Source of the DNA: a virus
Taxonomy: Duplodnaviria; Heunggongvirae; Uroviricota; Caudoviricetes
Direction: 5' to 3' (one strand)
Virus record (IMG/VR): IMGVR_UViG_2939147180_000007
Length of the DNA stretch: 42,021 nucleotides
The notes under the pieces are model-generated. The model was not told the DNA's origin. It saw nothing but the letters and a program-made list of their open reading frames with translations, and did not search any database. Position 1 is the first letter of the stretch. Each line of letters begins with the position of its first letter. This document shows, one piece after another, positions 28,723 to 36,581 of the stretch. The position numbers were made by a program, and so were the translations under genes.

Positions 28723-29544
28723 TTACCTAGTTACCTTTTTTAACTGCCGCTCAGCCCATGCTTCTTCAATATCAAACCGGGTCACCAGCGCATCATAGAA
28801 TTTCTTAACTGTTTTTTCCCATGACGCGCGTGTTATCTGGTTTGTCACCTCGCATATAGCATTAAATGTCTCCGTTGATGGTAGTCTTTCATAGCCACGA
28901 CCACCACAACGCTGGCAGTCTCTGATAACAGGCATACCACGTTTTACCGACTCTTCACGATGAATGGCGACACCACGCCCACGGCAATCCTTACAGGCGG
29001 TGGAAACCTCACCCTTTCCGCCACACTCCGGACAGGCAACTTTTACCACCTCCCTGACTTTTTTCCATTCTTCCCAGTAAGACGAATACACACCTTTCGT
29101 ACACTTTGCCCATACCGGCGGCTTACCATCCGGATACTGGACCTTGTTTGTAAAAACTACGCTTTCAATAAATTTTTCCCCATAGCAACAAGGGCACTGC
29201 TTTTTACTCGCTGCGCTGCGGGCATAATCCTCAAAAGCGTACGAAGCCATAATGCGCATCACTAACGGTTTTATTTCTGCCGGAAGTTTTCTCAACGCCG
29301 CAACACGATCGCACCGACTGAGTGCATAATCTGCCAGTAATTCTGTTGCCCGCGCCCTGTCATTCATACTGATGCCCATTTTCCCCAGGAACGCAGAAAA
29401 CCCCATCTCAGCCCGATTCTGTGTCATGCCCTGCGCGGCCATCACATCAGTGATACTCAGCGCATCTTTTGACGTTGAGGCCGATGCATCGGTCAGGCCA
29501 GGGGATTTTGGGGAGTAGTATTTCGGTAAATCTTCCAGTTTCAT
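28723..29544 (-). CDS. Q: late gene antiterminator Q (phage 21/82-type)
   Basis: 273-aa ORF with Cys-rich zinc-binding region (CPCC...CPECGGKGEVSTACKDCRGRG...CQRCGGRG); upstream of pR'/tR' and lysis genes; 4-nt overlap with rusA. Confidence 0.8.
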   Translation of the reverse strand: MKLEDLPKYYSPKSPGLTDASASTSKDALSITDVMAAQGMTQNRAEMGFSAFLGKMGISMNDRARATELLADYALSRCDRVAALRKLPAEIKPLVMRIMASYAFEDYARSAASKKQCPCCYGEKFIESVVFTNKVQYPDGKPPVWAKCTKGVYSSYWEEWKKVREVVKVACPECGGKGEVSTACKDCRGRGVAIHREESVKRGMPVIRDCQRCGGRGYERLPSTETFNAICEVTNQITRASWEKTVKKFYDALVTRFDIEEAWAERQLKKVTR

Positions 29545-29921
29545 TTTTTGACCTGCTCTTCATGCATTATGGGGTAAATTTTCACCCCCAGACGTCCACC
29601 AGATACTGGCTGACCACGAACGATATTGATTTCATCAAACTGCTCATCGTCCATTAACACTCCCGCATGCGTCAGCGCATCCAGCGGTGCTTTCAGGATA
29701 TTGTCCAGGTCGCGACGACGCTTATTCGGTGGCTCTGCAATCACCTTTATCGCCAGCCTTCCGGACAGGTTTAATTTCAGCCGCTGCTGGCGAACAATTA
29801 GCGCCACATCACGGCGATAACGCTTTCCGGCCTCCGAGATGAAATACGTATTGCCATGACGTCGCCAGTAGGTATTCACCGTCGGCGGGTAAGGCAAAAC
29901 AAATTCTATGCGTTCAGTCAT
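29541..29921 (-). CDS. rusA: Holliday junction resolvase RusA
   Basis: 126-aa ORF; motif RRRDLDNILKAPLDALTHAGVLMDDEQ resembles E. coli RusA; lambdoid position upstream of Q. Confidence 0.8.
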   Translation of the reverse strand: MTERIEFVLPYPPTVNTYWRRHGNTYFISEAGKRYRRDVALIVRQQRLKLNLSGRLAIKVIAEPPNKRRRDLDNILKAPLDALTHAGVLMDDEQFDEINIVRGQPVSGGRLGVKIYPIMHEEQVKK

Positions 29922-30980
29922 TCATGCTTTCCACTTCAGGACACCCGAATTTCTCGCGTGCATTAAAAAACGAATCAGCAACAACAGCTGGCTGCCGTGT
30001 TTTTCTTCAAAATCTTTTACCCCGGCGTGCAGTTCGTTATGACATTTACGGCACAGCGGAATAACAAACAAATCATCAGCCTTTGTTCCCATACCTCCCA
30101 GGCCATGACCAATGATGTGATGCGGATCATCTGCCTGATTACCGCACGTCATGCATTTCTGCGTTTTTACCCAGCGCGTGTATACAGGCATCTCTTCCCG
30201 TTGTGGTTTCTGGCGCTGGAGATACTGAACCGGAGACTCCGGATCAACGGCGATGCTTACTAACGTCTTTTCCTGGAGTGGGGGCTGTTGCTGGTGGACG
30301 TGAAGTGGCAGCGCAATATTTTTTGTGCGCTGCTTCAGTATGCTGGTGGCAGTCTGTTCTCCCGGTACGATGTCACTCTCACGGTATACGGAGCGGATTT
30401 TTTCCACCGGTAATCCCAGTGAACGACACAATACAGACTCCGGAAGCGCATCAGCCACCTGATTGCAGACCGCCCACCAGGATAATTCGGCCAGCGATAA
30501 CTCCCTCTCCTGCGTACCGCTGATTGCGTGACGGATGACGTCAATCATCCATGCTGACAAGTTTTGATGAGCAAGTTGCCCGAGTGATTCTGATGTCTGG
30601 TCCCGCAACTGGTTGTCACAGTGCCAGCACAACACCATCGCGCCGGTACCGTAACGGTGAATGACGGTTTCACTGTGATGATAGTCACCATGAGGCCACT
30701 GGCAGGATTTGACATGACGCAACAGCCAGTCAGACAGTGCCCCAGCGCCGCCAGCAGCACGAATCACCCGATCATCGCTGAAAAATGGCAGTAATGATTT
30801 ATCCTCCGCCAGCGGCTGGCGAACGGCAGGGACGACTCCGGACGGCAGACCGCGCATGCTTTTCGGTTCAGGCTCCACCAGCACTCGAGGGTTATGAAAT
30901 ACTTGCATGGATTCACGGCCCGGCCTAAGGACCACCAGCCCGAGTTCCGGTACCAGAACAGGTCGAAGTAATATCCGCAC
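29922..30980 (-). CDS. DUF968 / HNH-like nuclease protein (YdfU-like); N-terminal start uncertain
   Basis: 352-aa track ORF; C-terminal CMTCGNQADDPHHIIGHGLGGMGTKADDLFVIPLCRKCHNELH is HNH-like; Qin synteny quuQ-ydfU. Confidence 0.7.
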   Translation of the reverse strand: MRILLRPVLVPELGLVVLRPGRESMQVFHNPRVLVEPEPKSMRGLPSGVVPAVRQPLAEDKSLLPFFSDDRVIRAAGGAGALSDWLLRHVKSCQWPHGDYHHSETVIHRYGTGAMVLCWHCDNQLRDQTSESLGQLAHQNLSAWMIDVIRHAISGTQERELSLAELSWWAVCNQVADALPESVLCRSLGLPVEKIRSVYRESDIVPGEQTATSILKQRTKNIALPLHVHQQQPPLQEKTLVSIAVDPESPVQYLQRQKPQREEMPVYTRWVKTQKCMTCGNQADDPHHIIGHGLGGMGTKADDLFVIPLCRKCHNELHAGVKDFEEKHGSQLLLLIRFLMHARNSGVLKWKA

Positions 30981-30981
30981 G

Positions 30982-31260
30982 TTACCTCCAGATCCGTTGC
31001 TGGTATGTGCGGGATGAACGCGGTGGGCGTTCGGAGTAAGGGAGTCTGACTGAGATTATCCAGTGACGGTAGTCGAGGCTAAGAGCTTTCTTAACCTCGT
31101 ATCCGCGCCTGCGGTAACACTGAATTATCCATTCCGCCTGCTCTTCAGTGCATGGAGGATGCTGGAACCAGTCTGATTTGAATGCGTGAAAACGCCGTCC
31201 GCACCTACTGGCAAAGACGGCAGAATCATTAGAATTGTGTAATTTGGTATCGTGCGCCAT
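30982..31260 (-). CDS. hypothetical protein (Rem-position ORF)
   Basis: track ORF 30982..31389; start at internal Met MAHDTKLHN because the upstream extension contains the hok terminator. Confidence 0.45.
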   Translation of the reverse strand: MAHDTKLHNSNDSAVFASRCGRRFHAFKSDWFQHPPCTEEQAEWIIQCYRRRGYEVKKALSLDYRHWIISVRLPYSERPPRSSRTYQQRIWR

Positions 31261-31333
31261 CGGTTGTCTCTGCTGGCGCAGCAGGTGCCAGTTGTTCAGG
31301 CTGGCGTGCGAATTGTAAACCAGAATGCCAGGA

Positions 31334-31358
31334 AAAAACAAAACCCGCCGAAGCGGGT
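31334..31358 (-). terminator. intrinsic terminator of hok mRNA
   Basis: hairpin ACCCGCTTCGGCGGGT followed by a U-run on the minus strand downstream of hok stop. Confidence 0.6.
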
Positions 31359-31427
31359 TACGTGCGGGTGCGTTGAGGATGCCTGACACATCAGAGGTGG
31401 CGAGGGATTTCTCCCCCGCCAGGTCTC

Positions 31428-31583
31428 TTACTCCTCAGGTTCGTAAGCTGTGAAGACAGCGACCTCCGTCTGGCCGGTTCGGATTCGTACCTCGCAGAGG
31501 TCTTTCCTCGTTACCAGTGCCGTCACAATGACGGTTAAACAGATGACGATCAGGGCGATTAACATCGCCTTTTGCTGCTTCAT
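31428..31583 (-). CDS. hok: Hok/Gef family type I toxin
   Basis: 51 aa MKQQKAMLIALIVICLTVIVTALVTRKDLCEVRIRTGQTEVAVFTAYEPEE, near-identical to HokD/RelF from memory; in-frame upstream extension to 31640 occupies the mok position. Confidence 0.88.
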   Translation of the reverse strand: MKQQKAMLIALIVICLTVIVTALVTRKDLCEVRIRTGQTEVAVFTAYEPEE

Positions 31584-31842
31584 AGCCTGCTTCTCCTTGC
31601 CTTTCGGCACGTAAGAGGCTAACCTAGATTTGCCGTTCATAGATTGAGCCTCAGATTAATGTTAAGCGTCTTGCAGGACGCGTAATGTTAACTGGGGCTT
31701 TTCTCTATCTGCCTTTTGGTGTTCATGCCTGAGACAGATAGCCTCAAGCACCCGCAGTCATTCTACTTAACTAAGATTTCCCCGCAAACCGTTTTTGTCC
31801 GGCACAGTAAATATCCAACTAAACCAATGGCGTTCGCTGTAT

Positions 31843-32022
31843 TTACCGCCAGTATTCAATGCACATGACCGCCATGAACACCCCTAAAAAAAGGGCATTT
31901 ATATATCCAAATATTAATATCAAAACATCAACTTTTTCCATATACCTTGCTGTGAAGATGATGGGCATACATGATACGAACAACCAGAACGCAACAAACA
32001 AAAACTGCAATGCGTTTTTCAT
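31843..32022 (-). CDS. small hydrophobic two-TM membrane protein in AT-rich islet
   Basis: 59 aa MKNALQFLFVAFWLFVSCMPIIFTARYMEKVDVLILIFGYINALFLGVFMAVMCIEYWR; strong SD AGGAGG 4-5 nt upstream; track ORF 31843..32061. Confidence 0.5.
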   Translation of the reverse strand: MKNALQFLFVAFWLFVSCMPIIFTARYMEKVDVLILIFGYINALFLGVFMAVMCIEYWR

Positions 32023-32193
32023 TATTCCTCCTACAATCAATGTGCAATTACATTTAAACACACCTCAATTTGGCCGAACATATAAATATCTAAACCAGAA
32101 AAAATCACTTACATAGCGTTACAAACTCTTTAGTCTAAATATTCATCGTAAAACATTCCCCATACTTATCAGCCCGTTCTGCGCCAGGTAGCT

Positions 32194-32509
32194 CATTGCC
32201 TTATCTGGGAATCTGTAATCAGGTTTCCGGATGCTGGTGGATTTTCGCGTTTTAGTTGTTCATAAAAGTGCACAGCTTTAACCAGTTCTTCTGATGTAAC
32301 CGGGACTGGCGGGGCAGTGAATAAGGCCTGAATTTCATAGTTCGGCCTGTCGTTACAATCCTCTTTTTTCGGTACATATTTCCAGTCACCAGACCACTAC
32401 TTCTCCTGAAAGTCCGTAACGCCTTTTTTTTCACGTAGCGATATCGCCATGCCACTGTTTTTGCTTGCCCCGCCGTTTCATGCCCTTCCTGATAATTAAC
32501 CTCGCTCAT
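32194..32509 (-). pseudogene. frameshift-interrupted ORF at poly-A runs (possible pseudogene)
   Basis: ATG at 32509 overlaps upstream stop (ATGA); downstream protein-like frame (...PNYEIQALFTAPPVPVTSEELVKAVHFYEQLKRENPP...) is shifted by -1 after an A6 run and has no start codon. Confidence 0.3.
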
Positions 32510-32682
32510 TCATCGCCCCACTCATCACAATATGCTTCGACCGGAGTTTTTCCTGCTTCATAATCATCACGCCATGCTTCAGCATCAGCAGCACTGCCAC
32601 CACGTAACTCTGCATAGTCCATTAACAGTTCATGCCATTCTTCAAAACTGACGTTGTATTTAGTTGAACCAAAATCAGCCAT
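32506..32682 (-). CDS. small highly acidic protein (58 aa)
   Basis: MADFGSTKYNVSFEEWHELLMDYAELRGGSAADAEAWRDDYEAGKTPVEAYCDEWGDE; net charge about -12; below track length cut-off; start overlaps stop of upstream acidic ORF. Confidence 0.45.
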   Translation of the reverse strand: MADFGSTKYNVSFEEWHELLMDYAELRGGSAADAEAWRDDYEAGKTPVEAYCDEWGDE

Positions 32683-32857
32683 TTTGTTCTTCCTCTTCGT
32701 CTTTTATTTCGTGATATGAGTAATTGCAGTAGTTAAAGAAAATATCTTTTGCTTCGTCATGTATTTCATCAGGCGTCGCATCATCATCCACTTCGAATTC
32801 ATCCTCGAAATCTCCACCGGCTATTCCCGTTTCAATAATTATTTTAAACTTTCGCAT
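32675..32857 (-). CDS. small highly acidic protein (60 aa)
   Basis: MRKFKIIIETGIAGGDFEDEFEVDDDATPDEIHDEAKDIFFNYCNYSYHEIKDEEEEQNG; SD AGGAGG upstream separated from the ATG by a hairpin. Confidence 0.5.
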   Translation of the reverse strand: MRKFKIIIETGIAGGDFEDEFEVDDDATPDEIHDEAKDIFFNYCNYSYHEIKDEEEEQNG

Positions 32858-32950
32858 TTAACTACCGCCCTTTCGGGCGGCCTCCTGATGTTCTGAGGGT
32901 GCAGAAATCCCTCCGGTTAAGGATTAAATTTTTAACAGAGCTAAATTTAA

Positions 32951-33307
32951 TTATTCAGTTCTGGATTTTGTCGCCCTGCGTATCCGCGCTTTCGCGTTAC
33001 GCTCAATCTGAATTAGCTTTTCTATATTTTTTCGCCTTTCCCGCTCCTCCTGACGCAAGAGCCTTACATCATCTGCCAGTCTGATTTCTCTTTTCGCCAC
33101 AGAGAGCATCCAGTCAAATGGCTCCACAACTGCACCGCAGATTTTACAGCGGACCTGACGCTCTTTTTCGTCAACCCGGACAGAGGCGTGATGACAATAT
33201 GGTCTTTCCGATGGCTCATAAAGAAAATTAACCTGATTACGAGGGTCATCCTCTTTTACCGGAAATAAAACGATATTGCTTAACTCATCCTCTGGTTTTA
33301 TTTCCAT
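32951..33307 (-). CDS. hypothetical protein with possible zinc-binding motif and C-terminal coiled coil
   Basis: track ORF 32951..33364; preferred start MEIKPEDEL with SD AGGAGAGGAG; alternative GTG start at 33364. Confidence 0.5.
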   Translation of the reverse strand: MEIKPEDELSNIVLFPVKEDDPRNQVNFLYEPSERPYCHHASVRVDEKERQVRCKICGAVVEPFDWMLSVAKREIRLADDVRLLRQEERERRKNIEKLIQIERNAKARIRRATKSRTE

Positions 33308-33364
33308 GCTCCTCTCCTTTGATGCGAATGCCAGCGGTAATTGAAGCCTGATAGCTAATTTCAC

Positions 33365-33787
33365 TTACAGTACCGCCTCCTGAAAATTACCCTGATAGAA
33401 AGCCAGTACACGCTGCATAGCTTCACTCTTCCGGCACTCGCGACAGATTATGTTTAGGCGACTGTCGTAGCGACGTATTTCTCCGTCAGGTAACGACCAG
33501 ATAAGGTCCGGATCAACCACAACCGGTTTCTTCAGCTTTGCCCTCGATAATTTTTTGCGGGCATTTTGCCAGTCTTTACGAGCCTGTTCAGACGGGAATA
33601 ACCCGTAGCCAGAATTGTATACATCGCCACTGGCAACCAGCTCTCTGGCCAGAACGCTCATCAGATATCTTGTTGCCCCAGTTTTAGCTTCCAGTTGTCG
33701 TAACGTCTCGCGCCCACTCTGGCGTACGAGTTCAAGAACCTGTCCTTTAATTTTTTCCCGCTCTTCTTGTGTAAAAACTTTTGCCAC
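33365..33787 (-). CDS. hypothetical protein adjacent to replication initiator
   Basis: 140-aa ORF, GTG start with SD GGAGG; downstream of the O-like gene. Confidence 0.55.
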   Translation of the reverse strand: MAKVFTQEEREKIKGQVLELVRQSGRETLRQLEAKTGATRYLMSVLARELVASGDVYNSGYGLFPSEQARKDWQNARKKLSRAKLKKPVVVDPDLIWSLPDGEIRRYDSRLNIICRECRKSEAMQRVLAFYQGNFQEAVL

Positions 33788-33827
33788 AAGCCCTCCTGAA
33801 AATTACCTCATGACCAGAAATTAACAC

Positions 33828-34904
33828 TTACCCCCTGAAGCCCGGCGGAATTTCGTTATCCGGTTCAGAAATATGATTCACACAACGCTGGTTGTTCGTG
33901 CCGCTTACCGGGAGCAGCCAGGGGTTTTCAAAATTCCGGTCCGGTCCAAAAAACGTCGTCGCTCGCTGAACAAATTCCGTTCCCGTTTTCCCGGTAGCCG
34001 CAAGGTATCTTGCGTAACGCCTCACGCCATCCAGCATGGCCTCTGGTGGCACCCCCTCACGTAATCTGGCTTTCCAGGCACTGAAAGCGGATTTCTTCGG
34101 GTTTGCCCCGGCACGCAACGGGTATTCCCGCCAGACCTGTTCGAACACATCAGGATAATCCACTCGTCCCACAGGCTGCCCGGTGTTTTCCGGGACTACC
34201 CGATCGGCTTCCCGCTGAATGGCGGAATCGGCTTCAGGCTGCTGAAGTTGGTGTGATTGCTCCTGCCTTGCGGTCATCACCTGCTGCACAGCGCCCGAAT
34301 CGGCTTTCAGCGCATACGCTGAATCGGCTTCCGGTGTCGTGCCTGCGGGCTGGCCAGGAGTGACGGTCTGAACATCCCCTGCCTGGTTCGTGGCGTTTTT
34401 TACGCCATGGACCATAGTGTTTTGATCTTCTTGATCTGTATCTTTATCTGTATCTTTATCTGTCGTGACTCGTCGTGACATGTGCGTGACATTTCGTGAC
34501 TCGCCGTGACAATCGCCATTTTGTTCCCGCTTTCTTTCCCTCTCTCGCTGCGCCCTCTTGCGCTCTGCAGGAGATTTTGCGGTTTGCGAAATATTGCCGT
34601 TGTCCTCTTTAAGCACCTGGCGTTTTTCCCATCCAGTGATTAAATCACCATCAAGTACCCGCCCCTGCATCGTCTGCAAAATTGAATCAATCACCTCTTC
34701 TGTCACGTCGAGCGCACTTGCCAAATCTTCTGTCGTGACATCAATGTGACCTCGCGTGACATTTCGTGACGCGCTCACCAAGAGGTGGATATACACTGCC
34801 ATCACTGTTGCAATTGGCTGCCCTGACACCCTGGCAATTGTTCGCCACTTAGGGTCATTTGGCATGTCATGCCATAATCTGAGCCAGGCGTTAGCCATAC
34901 TCAC
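33828..34904 (-). CDS. replication initiation protein (O-like; iterons inside the gene)
   Basis: 358-aa ORF containing two clusters of CGTGAC direct repeats at helical-turn spacing, as for lambda O/ori. Confidence 0.65.
   Translation of the reverse strand: MSMANAWLRLWHDMPNDPKWRTIARVSGQPIATVMAVYIHLLVSASRNVTRGHIDVTTEDLASALDVTEEVIDSILQTMQGRVLDGDLITGWEKRQVLKEDNGNISQTAKSPAERKRAQRERERKREQNGDCHGESRNVTHMSRRVTTDKDTDKDTDQEDQNTMVHGVKNATNQAGDVQTVTPGQPAGTTPEADSAYALKADSGAVQQVMTARQEQSHQLQQPEADSAIQREADRVVPENTGQPVGRVDYPDVFEQVWREYPLRAGANPKKSAFSAWKARLREGVPPEAMLDGVRRYARYLAATGKTGTEFVQRATTFFGPDRNFENPWLLPVSGTNNQRCVNHISEPDNEIPPGFRG
34427..34462. repeat. 12-bp tandem repeat (x3) next to iterons
   Basis: CTTGATCTGTAT / CTTTATCTGTAT / CTTTATCTGTCG; encodes DKDTDKDTD in the replication protein. 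Confidence 0.6.
34464..34510. repeat. iteron cluster A (5 x CGTGAC at 10-11 bp spacing), candidate ori
   Basis: TGTCGTGACTCGTCGTGACATGTGCGTGACATTTCGTGACTCGCCGTGAC. Confidence 0.65.
34754..34790. repeat. iteron cluster B (4 x (C)GTGAC at 10-11 bp spacing)
   Basis: GTCGTGACATCAATGTGACCTCGCGTGACATTTCGTGAC. Confidence 0.55.
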
Positions 34905-34969
34905 CTCTTTTGATACCGAATCTTTTTACTCACAAATTGCCGGAAGTGATCCGGTATGAATATTGCGAG

Positions 34970-35395
34970 TCAATGCACAGCCACAATATTTCCTGCAGGG
35001 CCACCACGATTCATCTGGTTGAAACCAGCGATCGCCACTGCGACAAAATCATCAGCGTCTCTCACCAGTCGTTCCCGCGTCTCCACTAGTTCCCGAAAAT
35101 AGGCTGAGCTATGACTGCGCATTCGGGCCACCAGCAGAGGTGGCATTGCTTTTTCGATAGCTGGTAACAACGCCTGAATTTTTTTAACCGCATCAGGGGT
35201 GTCTTTCTCCACCCAGCGGAAAATTTTCTGAGTATTGCGAGCCAGGGCTTCCGGATGGCTGTCGTCATACAGTTCCGGGAACGTCATTCCCAGCTCGAAA
35301 TACGCTTTGGTAATTTTCGCAGCCGGTACTTTTTCGCCGTCCGGATGCGCCCAGGCATTCATCGCCATGCGGATGTGTTCATGCTTGATTTTCAT
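34970..35395 (-). CDS. YdaT-like protein (cII position)
   Basis: 141-aa ORF directly downstream of the Cro-like gene; length and position as Rac ydaT. Confidence 0.6.
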   Translation of the reverse strand: MKIKHEHIRMAMNAWAHPDGEKVPAAKITKAYFELGMTFPELYDDSHPEALARNTQKIFRWVEKDTPDAVKKIQALLPAIEKAMPPLLVARMRSHSSAYFRELVETRERLVRDADDFVAVAIAGFNQMNRGGPAGNIVAVH

Positions 35396-35646
35396 GAATC
35401 AACTCCCATCAGCTTTTTCGTAGTAGTTTTATTCCTGCCAATAGTTAAAATTGCATCGGCAGAAAATAATCCGTTTGATGCAAGAGCGATTTTTTCAGCG
35501 TAATTTGTTTCGCCGGTATATTCTGTGCGAGGCAATTTTCCGTTATCCATCCATTTATAGATTGCTCTTTGGCTGACACCACAAACGTCGGCCACAACAG
35601 CAACGCGAACAGTTTTGATTACATCTTCAAGTGTTTTCTGGTTCAT
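35392..35646 (-). CDS. Cro-like HTH regulator (YdaS/DicC-like)
   Basis: track ORF 35392..35718; start at MNQKTLEDVIK with SD GAGGG; HTH ADVCGVSQRAIYKWM; divergent from repressor. Confidence 0.7.
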   Translation of the reverse strand: MNQKTLEDVIKTVRVAVVADVCGVSQRAIYKWMDNGKLPRTEYTGETNYAEKIALASNGLFSADAILTIGRNKTTTKKLMGVDS

Positions 35647-35725
35647 ATCACCCTCACAATGTGAACTTTGAGTACATGCTATAACAGAACTGACAGTACA
35701 TTCAAGAGCGAATATCATTGAACTT
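35647..35725. promoter_or_regulatory. divergent promoter/operator region between Cro-like and repressor genes
   Basis: 79-bp gap between divergent starts containing repeated AGTACAT motifs. Confidence 0.5.
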
Positions 35726-36145
35726 ATGGTTCATGAAGATAAAGCGCGTAAAGAGTTCGCCAGTAGGCTTGCGCTAGCCTGTGAAAACGCTGGTTATGAA
35801 CAACATGGAAGGCAGGCAGAAATTGCCCGTCGAATGAAATTAACACCAAAAGCGGTTAGCAAATGGTTTAATGGCGAAACAATTCCTCGCCGGGAGAAAT
35901 TAAGGGAATTAGCAACACTAATAGGAACAACACCAACCTATCTTTTGGGAGAGGATACAGAAGAAAGTGGACAGGTACGTTTCTATCAGGAGTTAAATCC
36001 AAGACAAAAAATCATCATTGACCTTCTGGACGAGCTCCCTGACAGTGAGACAGATGAACTTTTAAAAACTCTTGAAGAGAAAAAACAGAAGTACAATGCA
36101 ATTTACGAAGAGTTAGCACGAAAGAAAAAACAAAAAGCCTCTTAA
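35726..36145 (+). CDS. prophage repressor, DicA/RacR-type HTH-XRE without peptidase domain
   Basis: 139-aa ORF; HTH QAEIARRMKLTPKAVSKWFNGE; no S24-like C-terminal domain. Confidence 0.75.
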   Translation: MVHEDKARKEFASRLALACENAGYEQHGRQAEIARRMKLTPKAVSKWFNGETIPRREKLRELATLIGTTPTYLLGEDTEESGQVRFYQELNPRQKIIIDLLDELPDSETDELLKTLEEKKQKYNAIYEELARKKKQKAS

Positions 36146-36219
36146 ACCAGCATAAATCCGGTAGCGCCTTCCTCCGGGTTTGTGCTTCACTTTATCCCAT
36201 CTCATTTTTTTACACACAA

Positions 36220-36270
36220 AATGTACTAAAAGTACTTTACAACAATGAACGAAAAGTACATTATATGCCT
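36220..36270. promoter_or_regulatory. second operator-like cluster (candidate left operator/promoter of dicB-like operon)
   Basis: AAAATGTACTAAAAGTACTTTACAACAATGAACGAAAAGTACATTAT repeats the AGTACAT/ATGTACT motif seen between Cro-like and repressor genes. Confidence 0.35.
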
Positions 36271-36581
36271 GCCACCCACCCCGCCCCACAGAATGCAGGG
36301 CAATACTTCGAGTTACCAGGCAGTGGTCAGGGGTTAAGTAGCCAGCCCGAGGCGTAAGAACATGACGGCAGGGTTCAACTTTAATAACTATGCAGCAGGT
36401 TTTTGTTCCGCTACCCCGGCGTTAAGGGGAAACAGAGGATTTCTCAGTGGGCGAAGTCAAACATCAGAATGGAAGGCGTCCAGGGATCAGCAAAGAAACA
36501 GCGATGGCGCTTTATATTGATATCAGCGCCATTGCCGGACAGGTAAGAATTATCAGAGCGGTAACTAAGCGGTATGCGCCT

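Noticed and set aside
31261-31389. N-terminal 43-aa extension of the Rem-position ORF
   Set aside because: The extension contains the hok mRNA terminator hairpin and U-tract, so the start was moved to the internal Met.
36362-36520. 52-aa plus-strand ORF at the position expected for a ydfA-like gene
   Set aside because: Many rare codons (AGG, AGA, CGA, GGA, GGG, TTA), and it conflicts in frame with the neighbouring ORF; no support beyond position.
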